Below are positions 34,896-49,369 of a stretch of DNA of 64,000 nucleotides, piece after piece. Below the pieces are notes generated by a model. The model was given only the letters and a program-made list of their open reading frames with translations. It was not told the DNA's origin and did no database searches. A program made the position numbers and the translations under genes. Within the stretch, counting starts at the first letter, position 1. Each line of letters opens with the position of its first letter. This stretch comes from Octopus sinensis (taxonomy: Eukaryota): assembly GCF_006345805.1 (NCBI RefSeq), contig NW_021833417.1, positions 1 to 64,000 of the forward strand. The letters run 5' to 3'.

Positions 34896-37745
34896 TTTTG
34901 TTGCTGGGATTTAAAAAAAACTCCGATGAAGTTAAAAAAAGAATTAAGGGTTTGGCAAGCGCAAAACTGAATGCAGTAAATATGTTCAAAGCAATTAACG
35001 AATCCGCACTATCACTTTACAATTATTATATTGGACTAATCAACATTGAACCACGTGAGTTTGAGGATATTGATGTTGATGTTCGGCGTATTCTTTATGA
35101 GACAAAACTTCATTTAAAGCCTGCAAATAAAGAGAGGCTATATTTACCAAGAGATAAACTTGGAAGAGGGCTCACTTCAATCGTGTTCAGAAGTGAATGC
35201 ATGTTGTTCCAATTCCTTTATGATTTGGAAAGAAAATCTAATGTGTGTCTGAGAAAAGCTGGAATTCTGCGGGCTGTCAATTCAAAGAAAACACATATGG
35301 CCACGATCGCGGGATTCCTAACCCAGAAGTATAACTTGGATGATAATTTCTCTGACATGGATGTACGGAAACTTAAAAATGTTCAAATTGAATGGTTATT
35401 GACGAAAATTAACACTAAATCTCTTCATTCTATGTTATTCAAATGTTTAAAAGACTTGAATATTGATATTGCATCATCTTGGGCTGGCTTGCAAAAAGGG
35501 CCGAAGTCCAAGAGCCGAAGCATTGTATTGTCTTTTACAGGACCGAAATTTGTTCTTTGAGGAAAAAGGATCAAATTGCAGTCATTGTAAATCTGCCAAA
35601 AAACAGTCGACCATTTGGCAACGAGATGTAATAAAATGTTAAATAGTGATTATATACGCCGTCACAATGAGGTGGTGAGATGTCTTCATTTAAACCTGTG
35701 TCGTAAATATGGAATCACATATTCAAAGAAACTGAAGACTCACTCAGTCCAATCAATAGTAACAACTGAGAATGTTGAGATTAGAGTCGATACGATGCTG
35801 ATGACAGACATCAAAGTACAACATAACAAGCCGGACATATTTGTTTTCGATAAAAGGACAAGGGAGATTACTTTAGTAGAGGTCGGAATCACTTCTCAGG
35901 AGATGCTGAAGGTGGTTAAGATTGAACAACTTCATAAATACGACCTCCTCGCTGGAGAGTTGTCCCAAATATACAAAGCGAAAGTTAAAATTGTCCCTAT
36001 TGTTATGACTTGGGAGGGAATTGTGAGTAAATTCTACAAATCATACAGTGCTAGTAGAAAAAAACCGGTTTTGCAGTTACTAACTTTTTTTGGCGGATAG
36101 CATTTATTTTTTTAACTGAATTGAACTCTTTGTAGTTGATTAGATTTATAATTTTTTTATTTATAAAAAATTCCATTAATCGTTTAAAATTCTAAAGATT
36201 TAAATTTTAGGGTGTGAATAAAAAACCGGTTTGCATTATTGACTGATATTTTAGAAGTTGAATTTTTAGTTTTATAAGCAAATGTTAAATAAAATAATTA
36301 AAGGGAAGATTCTTGCTCTTTATGATTTAAATTGGACGATAAAAGATATCGCAGAAAATTCAAAAAATATGGAACTATTGATAGGATTCCTGGTTCTGGA
36401 CGTCCTAAAAAGCTTCAAAAAACAGACGTTAAAATTTTATTGCATCTTGTTGAGTCCGATCCAAAAAAATCTTCTAACACGTTGAGGAATGAAATAAACC
36501 ATTTAACTAGTAAGAGTGTCTGTAGAAAGACAATTGAAACTTATTTAAATTCCAATTTTCTCTTCGGAAGAGTATGTCAACGTAAACCGTTGCTTTCGAA
36601 GAAAAACATAATAAAAAGATATGAATTGTCAAAAATTTTTATTTGAATGAACAATGACGCATGGAAAACTATTATTTTCTCTGATGAAGCATCTTTTCAG
36701 ATTTTTCATACTAAAAAAGGCAATACAGTTATCGAAAAAAAAGTTCACGTTATGAGTTGAGCCATATTACGCCGACAGTAAAATTTGGTGGAGGGAGTGT
36801 TATGGTCGGGGCTGTATCTCCTATCAAGGAGTGGGCAATTTAGTTTTTGTTAATGGAACCCTCAATTCCGCTAAATATATAAATGTTATAACGAATAATT
36901 TGTTCGTTTCGGCGCGAAAAATGGGACTAAATCAGTTCACTTTCCAACAAGATTTGGCCCCCTGTCATCAATCTGCAATGACAACCAAGTTTTTTGAAGA
37001 AAATAAAGTTTCAATTCTTTATTGGGCTCCGCAATCTCCAGACATGAACCCAATGGAACATGTTTGGAGCATGATGAAGCAGAAGTATTCTTTAGATCCT
37101 GCAAAAAATAAACTGGATCTGGAAGTCAAATTAACAAAAATTTGGAACGAATTGCCGTCTGAAAGTATTCAGAAATTAATTGATAGTATGCCTAAAAGGT
37201 CATACGAGCTATTTATTAATCGAGGATACCACACAACATATTAACTGTTGATTTTGTTAACTCTTTTTGTTAAAACCGGTTTTTTATTCACAAGCAAAAA
37301 TTTAAATTTTTAAAATTTCCGCCGATTATTGAAATTTTTTAAAAGTAAAAAAGATTATACATATAATCAACTTCAAACTCTTTATTTCATTTAAAAAATT
37401 AATAGCTATACGCCAAAAAAATTATTGACTGCAAAACCGGTTTTTTTCTACCAGCACTGTATATGGATTTTTTGGATGTGGATATTATTCCGAGGGCATA
37501 TATTCAATCTATTGTACTAAAGAAAACTCTTTAGAGCACGTTAGTGGAGCACCGACATGGGATGAACTTTCAAGAGAGTGATGTTAGTGAAGTCATTCAT
37601 TTTCTACAACGAAAATCTCTACGACAATTTGAGGACGACGGAATTGTGCCCATGGAACAACAATCCTGGAGTGAGGATCAGATTGGTGATGGTCGACAAG
37701 AGATTGCAGTTAGAGAGCTAAGGAATGGCTCAAAAAGAAAAAAAA
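34896..37745 (+). mobile_element. R4/Dong-like non-LTR remnant (copy 2)
   Basis: Duplicate of 3384-6245. Confidence 0.85.
36046..37459 (+). mobile_element. Tc1 family A (copy 2)
   Basis: Duplicate of 4534-5948 with TA TSDs. Confidence 0.95.
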
Positions 37746-37859
37746 TGAATTAATACGTCAAATCAATTTTAAATAATTTAAAATTAAATTACTATGATTA
37801 TTTGTACTACTAATTTCTGATATAAGATTTATATATTTTAACCTAATTAACATTTAACC

Positions 37860-40800
37860 ATGTTTTGTTCGGATGGAATATGGGTCAGAACTTAAACGTT
37901 ATTTATTAGAACACTTCTTTGACATGGGAACAATCGAATCCGAATTTTACGACATGTTTCACGAACGTTGTCCTTATTTGGATTCCTTGTTTAATTTATT
38001 TTGTTTTGTCGTTATTATATGTCATCAAATTACTAATGACAAAAAGAGAGTTATTTTTGTTCAATAAAATTCACATTTTTAAAAAGGTTTGCATCTCATC
38101 ACTTAAATAACAGATTTTTAGCTCTATTTTGTCTGCCGTGAGTTTAATCCACATGGTCTACGCAGTCCACTTGCGACAACAAGAACCAATAGAAGAAATA
38201 CTTTCTTCCGTTATTTTTGCCATTTCCACGGTTTTTTAATTTTTTTGAATCAAGTTATCTGCCACAATTTTCACTTTTTATGAGGAAACTGCCAATTTGG
38301 AACCGACGCCTCATCTGACATTTTTTTGGACTTTTCTATCACTAACTCACATTCTGGTTCTCTTCTCCAGAATTCGGCGTTTTTATTCAAACGTGGGATA
38401 TTTGAAACTTAATCTCAGATGCCACTGTTTGGAAAGGTCACACTTTATTTCAATATTCCCGAATTTGTATTGTTGGTAGTCATGTCTGTCTTCTCCCTCC
38501 AGGTCGACCGATTGTCTTCAGATATACCACAGAATGACGTATCCTTTCACTGATTACATATAAGGAATGTTTTCCCGAATACAGGGTTTCCTATTTAAAT
38601 AAAATCATGTGCTTTTGGTTTTTAAAGTAATAGGGTGGTGTATTATGTGTTAGATATGTTAACATGGCGAGGAAAGGGACGCTGAATGAGACAGACTTGT
38701 GGAGTGTCGACTCAAATTTAAACTTTTTGACGCTGATCAAAGAAATGGACCAAAAGTTGGATCAAATCTTGCTTGAAATATTAGAATAAATGAAGAGAAA
38801 AGAAAATATTCTGCCATTTCAATGTTAAATACTCTCAAAATAATAATCGGAAATGATTTCAGACGTTTACTGATTGCCATTGTGTTAAATTTAATTTCGG
38901 ATTTGCTCATCTTTGCCCAGACAATTTTGCTCGGTTTTTGTTAGTGAATAATAATAGTCATTTGGTCAACTTTATTGTTGTCAAATCAATTTTTAAATGG
39001 AAGGGATATTTTTATGCCTTTCTGCTCGTGGCTGTGGGCATTACTTCTGGAATTACTCGAGCATATTCAGAAAAACTGGCTCTCACTTGCTCGGTCTCCA
39101 TTCGGTCGCGAGTAATGATGTTGGTGTACCAGAAAGTATGCCAAAGTTGTATAATTTAGAGCTTTAAACTTGCCTCTAAAACTCGGAGGGAGTTGTCAGA
39201 CACGTTGGCTCTTACTTTGATTGGAAGTGACTCTGAATTTATTTACGAGGCCGTATCTGTGATTCCAAATTTGATAAACCTGCCTTTAATCCTCATTATA
39301 GCACTGTGGATTATTTATTCTAATGTGGAAAAGTACATGTTTGTCAGCGTCGGGGTGCTTGTAGGGACATTATTATTCACTCTCTTTTTCTTCAAATTTC
39401 AAAAAGAATTTCAAGTCAATTATTTTGATCAGTTTAGTCGACAAGTTCAAAACTGACAGACAAGAGGACAAGTATTATTTTCGAATTTTTCAACGGAATT
39501 AAAGTTAATAATATTTTTAAATTCTCAGGTCTTTAAGTTATATGGCTGGGAATACCCCATCCAACAGTTGATAACTTCTATTCGAACCAAGGAAGTCAAT
39601 TTTCTGCTAAAGTCGTTCTTTCCAACCAGTGGGGCGATTGTAGCAATGCTCACGTCTCCGAATTGGGTATGTCTAGCGACATGAGTAAATAGATGGTTCT
39701 TGGGACTATTGGACTGTTCATCCTCAAAACAGACGTCACAATCTCTAAAATTGGAGGGATTTATGAGACCTTCGGGTTGTTTAACATTCTCAGAACCGTT
39801 TTGATATTTCTTCCTCTGAGTATTTTTTACTTCGTCTTGGTTGTTGATAATCGCTGACGCATAAATAGGCCGGGATAGCTATCAAAAAAATAACTAATTA
39901 TCTCAACTGTGATGAGTTGACAATTGATCGGGGGATCTGTCGTGAAACTATGCAAGAAGGTTAGTTCCTGAAATAAATTCGTACTAGATGAGCATATCCT
40001 CGTCGAAAACGCTTCCTTCTCTTGGATAGACGGAAAACGGACTCTCAAAGAGTATCAAATTCATTATTATGGCAGCATATCATTCAAAGTGCAAAAAAAT
40101 TCACTTACCGGTGTCATTGGACAATTGGCATCCGGCAAGTCATCTCTCCTCTCCGCTCTTCTCGACGAGATTCCGAGAACTTCTGGAGGATTCTGCATCA
40201 CTGTAAGCCTATGGAATAACTATAAACAAGGATTCAGTCGCATACTGTCCTCAGCAGGCTTGGTTAAGAAATTGCAGTTTACTCGACAACATTATAATGT
40301 TCAACAAATATGATGCCGAGTGGTTTGGTCGTGTCGTAGAACTGTGCTGTCTCGTCAAAGACATTGACATGATGCCTGACAGGGAGTGGACTGAGATCGG
40401 AGAAAAGGTATTGAGTGATATCGAATTGTAAGGGGGTCAATCTTAGTGGAGGACAAAAGCAGAGGATTAGCTTAGCACGTGCTATTTATGATAATGCAGA
40501 TCTATACTTGCTTGATGACGTACTCAGTGCTGTCGATGCTAATGTGGGAGAACGTTTGTTTTACAACCTGATGGGGCCAGAAGGCATTCTCCGGAACAAG
40601 GCATTAATTTTTCCAGTTATTTCACAGACAGTCGTTTTTGTGACAAATTCGATAAAATATTTATCCCAAATGAATAAAATTATGTTTCTGAAAGAGGGAC
40701 AAATATCATTTTTTGGTACATATCACGACTTTGCCAATCTGTCTCTAGAAGATACTTTTATAAAACAACTAGTAGATGCTCAAACAGGTGTGCATATGAC

Positions 40801-42856
40801 ATTACTGTTCAGAGACTACAACAAAAGTTAAAAGAAGATCAAAGATATCGAAAACTTTCAAGAGAGTTTCGGTAAAACTGGACTCGACACAAAAACTTGT
40901 CCAAGACGAAAACGTAGAACTCTCACAAGTGACTTTAAATGAAAGTAAATAATTAAGTTTTCATTCAAATCGGTTAAATCATACATCAAATATTTCGAAA
41001 GAACTGCTTTGGTTGGCTACACGATCTTCATGATCCTGAATATATGTTCTTTTTTGGCACTGTTAAACTGGTTATCAACGTGGACGGACAGCATTATCAA
41101 AAATGGAAGACCTGTCGACACACACTACTACATTGGCATATACGGGGCCTTGATAGTCTTATTTGGTTTTAAGTGAGTGTCTAATGACAGCATTTTCTGT
41201 ACTTGTGAGGGTCATTTTTTTGTTTTTGGGATGCGCCAAAGCATCTTTTGGAATCCACGAAGCACTTTTTGTTTCTCTGATGAAGGCTCCAATATCATTT
41301 CATGAGAGAACACCCATTGGACGAGTCATGAATCGGTTTTTAACTGATATACTGAGACTGGACATTAAAATGCCGCAGCAGTTGGCGGCCATTGGGGGGA
41401 CCTTTATTGTTCTCATCTCACTCTTTATATATATCATCCAAGTAAATTACTTTTCCGCCATTCCAGTCGTTTTTGTGTTTTTTTTCATATTTTTTGTTGC
41501 GGTTTATTGTTATGTATAATCAATAGAAATATTATACTCTCATTGCAAGGCAGTCCATGAGTCTCGAGTTGTCCGAAAAGTCTAAATTAGTGACCAACTA
41601 CGTGGAGGTTTTCCGCGGAGGCGTCTGCATCAGAGTCAGCAAAACAGAAAACAAATATATTGAACAATTTAGTGACAACATGGACAAATTTATCACTGTG
41701 AGTTGTCTCCGTGTTATGTCCAGATAGTATGCCTAGTATATACTATTATTAGTTGGGTTTTGTCTGTAATCCAATGGATCTCGTCTTTTGTGGTTTTCTT
41801 TACAACTTTTTCTGCCGTTATCGAGAGGGACGAATCCGCTTCGTCGGAAATTGGAGTTTCTTTAAATATTTCTATATCGGTTTTAAAACATTTGTTATAT
41901 TTTAGATTATTTCTGTTTTTGTGCTTTTTTTGATTAATCTCGGGGATATTCAGGTCGGGTTGGTGTCTGTGGAAAGGATATTCGAATATGTCGGTATTCA
42001 AAAAGAGGTCTTAACTTCTCGGCAATTTTCAGGCCGAATGGTCTATTTCTGAGGTCGATAACCAGGTTGACGAATCATGGCCTTCGAAGGGAGTTATCGT
42101 TTTTGACAATTACAGCACCAAATATCGAGAAAATTTAGATTTCTGCCTAAAAAATCTTTCCTTCCAAATTGAATCACATGAAAAAATTGCTGTGGTCGGA
42201 AGAACCGGCGCGGGAAAATCCTCACTGACCTTGGCCCTCCTCAGAGCATTGGAGGCATCCACTGGGAAAATAATCATCGATGGAGTCGACATTTCGACCT
42301 TAGGACTCCACAAACTCCGCCAATCAGTGACAATTGTACCTCAAGACACTTACCTGGTTTCCGGGACTTTGAGATATAATGTGGACCCCTTCGGCTATTA
42401 TTCAGACCAAGAGATTTGGTCGGTCATCAGGACGTTGGAGATTAGCGACTACATCGACTTGGGGACGATGGGTCTTGACTTTGAGTGCATTGACGGGGGC
42501 AGTAATCTTAGGTCTTCACGTTGCTAATATAATGCAGTGGTGGATCAAAACAACTGATCGCCCTTGCCAGAGCGCTGCTGAGAAAACCCAGAGTTCTCCT
42601 TTTAGATGAGGCCACTGCATCAATCGACGTGCAGACTGATAAAATAATACAACGCACAATTCGCCAGTACTTCAAGGAATGCACGATAATCACAATCGCA
42701 CATCGAATCAACACTATTCTCGACTATGATAGGTCATTTGGTCTGCTAATTTGTAGGGTCATGGTATTTGACAAGGGAAAGTTGGTAGAATTCGGTGACA
42801 TTAAAGATCTGTTGGCCAAGCCTAGTTCTCTGTTCTACGGATTTGCTAACCAATGA
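37860..42856 (+). CDS. ABCC/MRP transporter (copy 2), 1-bp deletion near 38933
   Basis: Nearly identical to copy 1. ctcggtttttg versus ctcgggtttttg shifts the frame at an exon end; real or a homopolymer error. Confidence 0.85.
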
Positions 42857-43510
42857 TAATTAGGTCAAAAAACTTTTTAATTAAGGGTTTTTAAATAAGA
42901 ATTGCTTACTTAAAAATAATTTTCGATTTTCGGTTGTTCAATCAACTCAAACTCGCTAACCTGCTCAGCGGAATAAGCGACTGAGCTTACTTGGATAATT
43001 TTATACTTTCCTAAAATGTAGCAAACTAATTATAGGATTTTGTAATCGGTAGTATTTTGTTACGTCAACCACATCCTCTCCGACCCCACGTTAAGTGCAC
43101 GGATGGGCAGATCCATGTTCAGGGGCTACTCCTTCAACAATAACCCATGCCTTTTCTCAGCTCACATCCTCTCTAAAGTCTTTCGCAACACGAGTGTCTG
43201 GATATACTTCACCCTGTCCTCCACTCCGAGGGCCTTCAGATGGTTCTTGAAAAATTAATTATTTTTTTTGTATTAAAAAAAATCTTGTATCCGATTCCAA
43301 GATGAAAAGTAACATTTAGATTTATTAAATTGTCACAATCATCAAGAAATATCGAGTATAATGCAAAATACGAGAAAAGGAACCAGACATTTGGCAATCC
43401 GCTTTTCAATAGCAATTTAAGAAATTATCACAATCTATTTCCATTAATTGACGTTTGATTTTTTCTAAAATCCCTTCGAGCAAGTATGTTACAAGCAATA
43501 AGAGAAACTA

Positions 43511-44971
43511 CACTAGGTGCAAAAAAAAACCGTTTTTTCGAAATATCAAAAATTTACTATGCAACTATATTGTTTTTATTAAAGAATTGAATAATTTATC
43601 ATTTTTTAACACTAGTTTTATTTTTATATTTGAACTTGTAATCATTTTTACTTAACAAATTATAACTAACAAAAAATCAAACGCAATAAAAACCGTTTTA
43701 TTTTTGATTATTTAAAGTTAGTATTCAATATGGTCCCCTTTTGCCTTAAAAAGCTTTGTGCTCTATTCGGCATGCTTTCGATTATTTTTTTTATAAAACT
43801 AATCGGTATTTCGTTCCAAATATTTTCGATTTTTTCTTTCAATCTGAAACATTCTTTGGATGAAAGGTGTTTAATTCCCTCTTCATATGAGCCCATATAT
43901 GTTCGATCGGATTTAAATCCGGTGATTGAGGTGCCCATGGTAAAAGGTTTACTTTCTTTTCTTGAAAAAATCGCATAGTCATCTTGGAAGTATGACATGG
44001 TGCCATGTCTTGTTGGAAAATAAAGTCACTAAGCTCCATTTTTTTGCAGATTCCCATAAATGGTTACATAGTGTGTTGATATAAAGTGCGGAATTCATAT
44101 TCCCGTGTATAAAAGCAAGCGAGCCCATTCCATAATAGGAAAAACAGCCCCAGACCATAACTTTCCCCCCACCAAATTTTACAGTAGGCGAAAGGTTGCT
44201 TTTTTGAAGGCCTGTATTGTTTTTCCGATAACAATATTGCAGTTTTTTAATATTAAAAACTTCGAAACTGCATTCGTCACTGAAAATTGTCCTCATCCAT
44301 TCAGTGTTTGGCACAGTAATGAAATGCTTTGCCATGTCATAGCGTTTTTCACTATTTATTTTGTTCAATAATGGTTTTTTTTATACATACACGAGCATAT
44401 ATTTGCTCCCTTCTTAAATAATTTGCAATGAATCTTTTACCGACTGTTTTTCCGGTTATTTTACGGAGATCATTTCTTAAGCAATCAGCTTTTTTGGGTT
44501 TCCTCTTTAACCAGGTTGAGTAAAATAAGGATATCGTCCTTATTAAGAATTTTTGGTCTCCCCGAACCTTTCATTCTTTCAGTCGTACCATATTTAATGA
44601 ATTTTCGGATGAAGTCAGCGATAGTTGATCGCGAGATATTAAGCTCGTCAGATATTTTTTTAGTGGTCCAATTTAACGCATTCAAGCTTAGAATCTTTCC
44701 TTTTGTTATTACATCAAGCATTCGTAATTTTATCGAGGGTTAAAATTCTAAAAAAAGTAAAAAATGTTACACTCACCAGAATAAACGGTTTTTTATTGCG
44801 CTCGTGTAATTAAAATTTTTAATTTAGACATATAACACAATACAAAAAAAATATAACAAAATTGATTTAGGGTTAATTTAATGATCCCTTTCGATATCGA
44901 CAAAGAAAAATCACGGTTATCTCTGCAAAATATGCCGTATTTAAAAAAACGGTTTTTTTTTGCACCTAGTG
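43511..44971 (-). mobile_element. Tc1 family B (copy 2)
   Basis: Duplicate of 12011-13476 with TA TSDs. Confidence 0.95.
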
Positions 44972-47004
44972 TATATTATCTAATTTTATTTGTGCTTTTG
45001 AAGTTTTTTCGATAAACGATGACTATCCACAGCAAATTTTTGTCACAATTAACAATAATGGAACATCTAGAACAATTAATAACTTATTAGACATTATATT
45101 TTTACTTTTCCATTTTCTTTATATGTGGATTCAAATCTGTGTAGCTTCAATGACGGATTCGTCCCACAATCTTTTAAGATTCGAATCTAAACTGTTATTA
45201 TTTAATTATATTTCATTCCCTATTTCAAAATCATATTTTGGCCTGTGTAGTCCCAGCTTTTTATTCATTCTTTTAAAATACGCTGAATTCATGTCTGGAG
45301 GAGTGAAATTAAAAATTTTATTATTCGTTTCTAAAAATAAATACATCGTAAATTTACCATTAAGCCTTATTATTTTCATCTAAATTATAAATAAGATTAT
45401 AACCTGGTATTTCATGAATCACAGTGTTAATTCCAGGAATACCCCTAAACTTTCTCATTGATCGCCGAGTGGTGTGTCGTATTATAGGAAAAAGTTACTT
45501 TGTCTAAAAATTGGAAACAATTTTTAGTTCCTTCTTGATCCATCAGTTTTGCCATACCCCGTGTCAATGTTTGGTTAAAGCGCTCAAATACACCCTAATT
45601 TATTTCAAATTTATAAACTTGTGACTAGGATGGTTTGTTAGTATTCCCCGATGGCATTCTTGGTGAATAGTGAATGCCAGTGTCTTCATCTCAATTTCAT
45701 TGTCCAAACAGATAATCAATTTGTGTTTTGGTTATTAACGTCCTTTAGATAGAGACTATGAATTAGGAATATCAAATATACCGATCATCAATTATCATAA
45801 ATTGATTCGCTTTTTTAATAAGTTTGTATTTTTCGGATTTAGATTTAGTTTGTACGGGTATTTGGAGTAGTGCATTTACAATATTTTGGTATTCACTGTC
45901 ATTTTTCACGTAACCTAAGGATTGAGAATTGTTGAAAATAGGGACTATTGCTTTGATAGCATTATGGCCTAATCTTTTGAGATGATTTAAATGTTGTCAC
46001 GCCCAGTTGCAGAGGAGTTTACATTGCGAGACTTCCTCCCTGGTGAAAGTCGTTATATAATCTTTGACGGGAAGTCTTCTAAGAGATTTGGCTACTTTCC
46101 GGTCGTTTTGTTAGATGTTTTGTGACTTAATGAAGTGTAATATTTCATTAATGTGTTAGCCGGATTGAGTGGCGTATCTGAACGGAGACGAGAAACAGCA
46201 GACCCATGCAATTTTGGCTTTTCGAACATCAGTTCATTCATCCCTTTAAGGGTTGACCAAATTTTGGAGGAATTGGATAGAAGCAATAAATTGACTCCAC
46301 TGCGAGTCAATATGTCGATTTATGGCAGCAGTGATTTGTTTGTTTAGATTCCTAAGTTCTATAAAGGACACAGCAGATTTTCCATTTTCCCGTTTCAGTT
46401 TGTTACGTGTCTTTATAAGGGTGTTTACTTCGTGCTTGTAACTATGGGAGAAATTTTGTATAATTCCTTGAGGAATGAATTTTTTGGAGGCGGAAATGAT
46501 AAGTGCATAATTGACTGCTGCGTCAGTCGAACGAAAGTTGATAATGTCGAAATCATTCAATGATTTTTCTAGAGCGAGATGGTAGTCGTCCCAGGAAGCT
46601 CTTTTGTAATCCGTATAACAACGCCGTTGAATGTCAATGTTGGATTTTAGGGCATTCTCAATAATAGTCGGGTTGTAGTCAGAATTTAGGTCGTAAATGA
46701 CCTTCCAAGAAGTAGCAGGGGCCAGAATTATAGTACACAGCGAGATGTCAGGAGAAGAAATTGCGTCGCCTTTTCTTGACGGTATTCTGGTGTGGGATGA
46801 GTAGAGATTCTCTTGAGTTGAGAGATTGATTTTTTAGCTCATTGCGTTCATATCACTACAAATAATGACATTGCTGAGAGACTGGAGGTTTTGAATAGAA
46901 GGGGTCCATCCATGAGGACATGATTCTCCATTTTAGAGTAAATAAATTGAATATAACTAAATTAATCAAATAATAATTGTTTCAAATAAATTAATTATAA
47001 GTCA

Positions 47005-47763
47005 ATGCTTAGATCTGTGTTAACGCGGACTCGTTTTAATTTGTTTTTTGCAATTTATGAATTCTGGTTTACGATTCTCGTCTTTGTATCCGAGAAACAG
47101 TTTTGCGGGGTCCCCAAGATATATTACCTGACCAACTGGAATCTGGTATACATAGCAAATATAGTCCAGCTACTTCAATGTCTGACTTGCATCCTCTGCT
47201 GCCTGAGCTACAAATACCCTCGAATCAGAGATTTCTACAGCGCCCTCTACTTTGCTCTGGCCTTCCCCGTGGGAATGGTTGGTGTTGGATTTTAATGTCC
47301 GTAGGGGGTTTGTCTCGCTTATTGGGCACTGTTCTACTACGACAGATATCTCCTCAGTTCCCGACAGTGCCAGCTCCCGCTATGGAAAGATATCACAATG
47401 GTAGTCGTAGTTCAATATTCAGCATTTTATTTACATTTTTCCACTTCTAGGAAATTTGAATGCTGATTTGAGGTGTTGGACTCGGAAGACGAGATTTTGT
47501 TTTATTTGCCTTTTTTTGGCGAGTTATTCTGCAATGTATGTTTTGGGTCTTAGTGTGTAGGCTTTTTTACTTAAAGACCGTGAGAGGTTTATTTGTGTAT
47601 CCTTTGGCCGGAATGATGGGCAATGGAATGTTCTGGTTTATCACTGTTTGTGTCATTTTTGTCATTTGTTTCTTTTCTGAGTGCGGAGTCCTACTCAATC
47701 GACAAATATGCAAAATTAAAGAACAATAATCTTATTTTTTCAATAAAATATGTAATTGTCTGA
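47005..47763 (+). CDS. FAR-17a/AIG1/ADTRP-family protein (copy 2, two small T-run indels)
   Basis: Duplicate of 15431-16187. Confidence 0.7.
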
Positions 47764-47776
47764 CAAGAATAGTTGT

Positions 47777-48634
47777 TCAATACACGTGATCTCGCTGTTC
47801 GTGGTTCCTCAAGGCACCTGCTCGAGCAAAGAACAAATGACATGTCCCACACTCGTATTGTTTCCTTGGAAAAGTACTGACATGTCTCCTCCAGTTAGAC
47901 GCCCTCGCAAACCCCTTTCCACAAAACTGACAGTTATAAGGAAACACCCCTTTCTGTCCTTTTCTGTTGGTCAGTCGGTAGAAACAGGAGGGGTACACCA
48001 CGGACTGTCCTCCGTTTTCAAATTGGTCACTTTCCTGCAAATTGATTCCTTCTGTCGGGAAGTGGAGCCAGTTTTCCGAATTGGTTTTTTGGTGAGTTTT
48101 TTCATGTCGTGCTAAATTTTGGCGAACGTTGAAATTTCTCCCACAAAAACGGCAAGTCAGACTAGGCCGGATCCTCCGAAGCCCGATTCCGTGAATTGAC
48201 GTTTTGTGGCGACTGAGACTCGACTTGCGTGTGAAAGTCGAATCACAAAACGGGCACTTTAAAGACTCGTCCCTCCCAGAATGGACAGTTCGGTGTTCGA
48301 CCAGAGCCGATTTGGTCACAAACTTGGCAGGACAGACATCGCAGGAAAAAGGTCTTTCGCCTGTGTGGATCCTCACGTGGACAGCCAGGGAAGACGGACG
48401 ACTGAAACTACGCCCACAATATCCGCAGGGGTGACGTGTAAGTTGACTGTTCAGACAATAAATCTGGTCGGTCATTGGCGGAGGATTCTGTTCTCTGATT
48501 GGTGGCTGTTTTTTACGTTTTTTTAAGGCAAATCCGAAATGTTGTTTCATGTGTTTGCGGAGACTGTTGGTGTATTTGAAGGGTCTTCCGCATATCATGC
48601 AAGAAAAGGTCTTTTGGGAGGAATGGGAGAGCAT
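47777..48634 (-). CDS. Intronless C2H2 zinc-finger protein, 285 aa, about 7 fingers
   Basis: Repeated CxxC-x12-HxxxH with an HTGERPFSC linker; open frame. Confidence 0.92.
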   Translation of the reverse strand: MLSHSSQKTFSCMICGRPFKYTNSLRKHMKQHFGFALKKRKKQPPIREQNPPPMTDQIYCLNSQLTRHPCGYCGRSFSRPSSLAVHVRIHTGERPFSCDVCPAKFVTKSALVEHRTVHSGRDESLKCPFCDSTFTRKSSLSRHKTSIHGIGLRRIRPSLTCRFCGRNFNVRQNLARHEKTHQKTNSENWLHFPTEGINLQESDQFENGGQSVVYPSCFYRLTNRKGQKGVFPYNCQFCGKGFARASNWRRHVSTFPRKQYECGTCHLFFARAGALRNHEQRDHVY

Positions 48635-49369
48635 GTGGGTGTTCAGAGTGAATTTACGTGAGAATGACCTGTTGTTTCACCAGGGTGGCTTACCGTCCGC
48701 AGATCTGGCAGTTGAAAGGCCTTTCGTTTGTGTGAATTCGTTTATGACGAATTAAATCGATTTTGTTTTTGAAGAATTTGCCGCAAAACGAACAGTTTCT
48801 GTCACGAACAAAATAAGTGTAGATTGGGGCAGGCTTAATTATTTGGCATATTCCTTACTTGGTCTCCACATTCCATTATTTTTTAAAAACTCGGCAACGT
48901 CAATAAGTTGTGGCAAGTTAAATATTTATTTTTTAATTATTATTTAAATTCTATGTTAATTAAAGAATCTCTATCCAAATTAAACAATAGTGTTTGTTTT
49001 TTCCAGCCTTATATTCAATCGAATAGTCGTTGTCTAAAAATAGAGGGCTTTATTAATTCGTCAAATTTGACAACTACTGAATCTACGGTTTCCAATATCA
49101 AAAATCCTTGCTTTAACTAACTGCTCTTTAATTTTAAAACAGAAGTGATGTGAAGGGAACAAATAAATGACAAATTTTACAATGAAAGGAACCTGGAAAA
49201 TAAAAATGAGACTTTCAAACAGCATCTGAATCAATCGGCCGTATATTTAAAAAAGGATATTTAAAAAGATACCTACGTGGTTTTTATTCAAAAAAATAAT
49301 AAATGTATATAAGGAAGCATTCTTAATTAACAAATATTTAGAATAGTTATACTGTTAGTAAAATTATAG

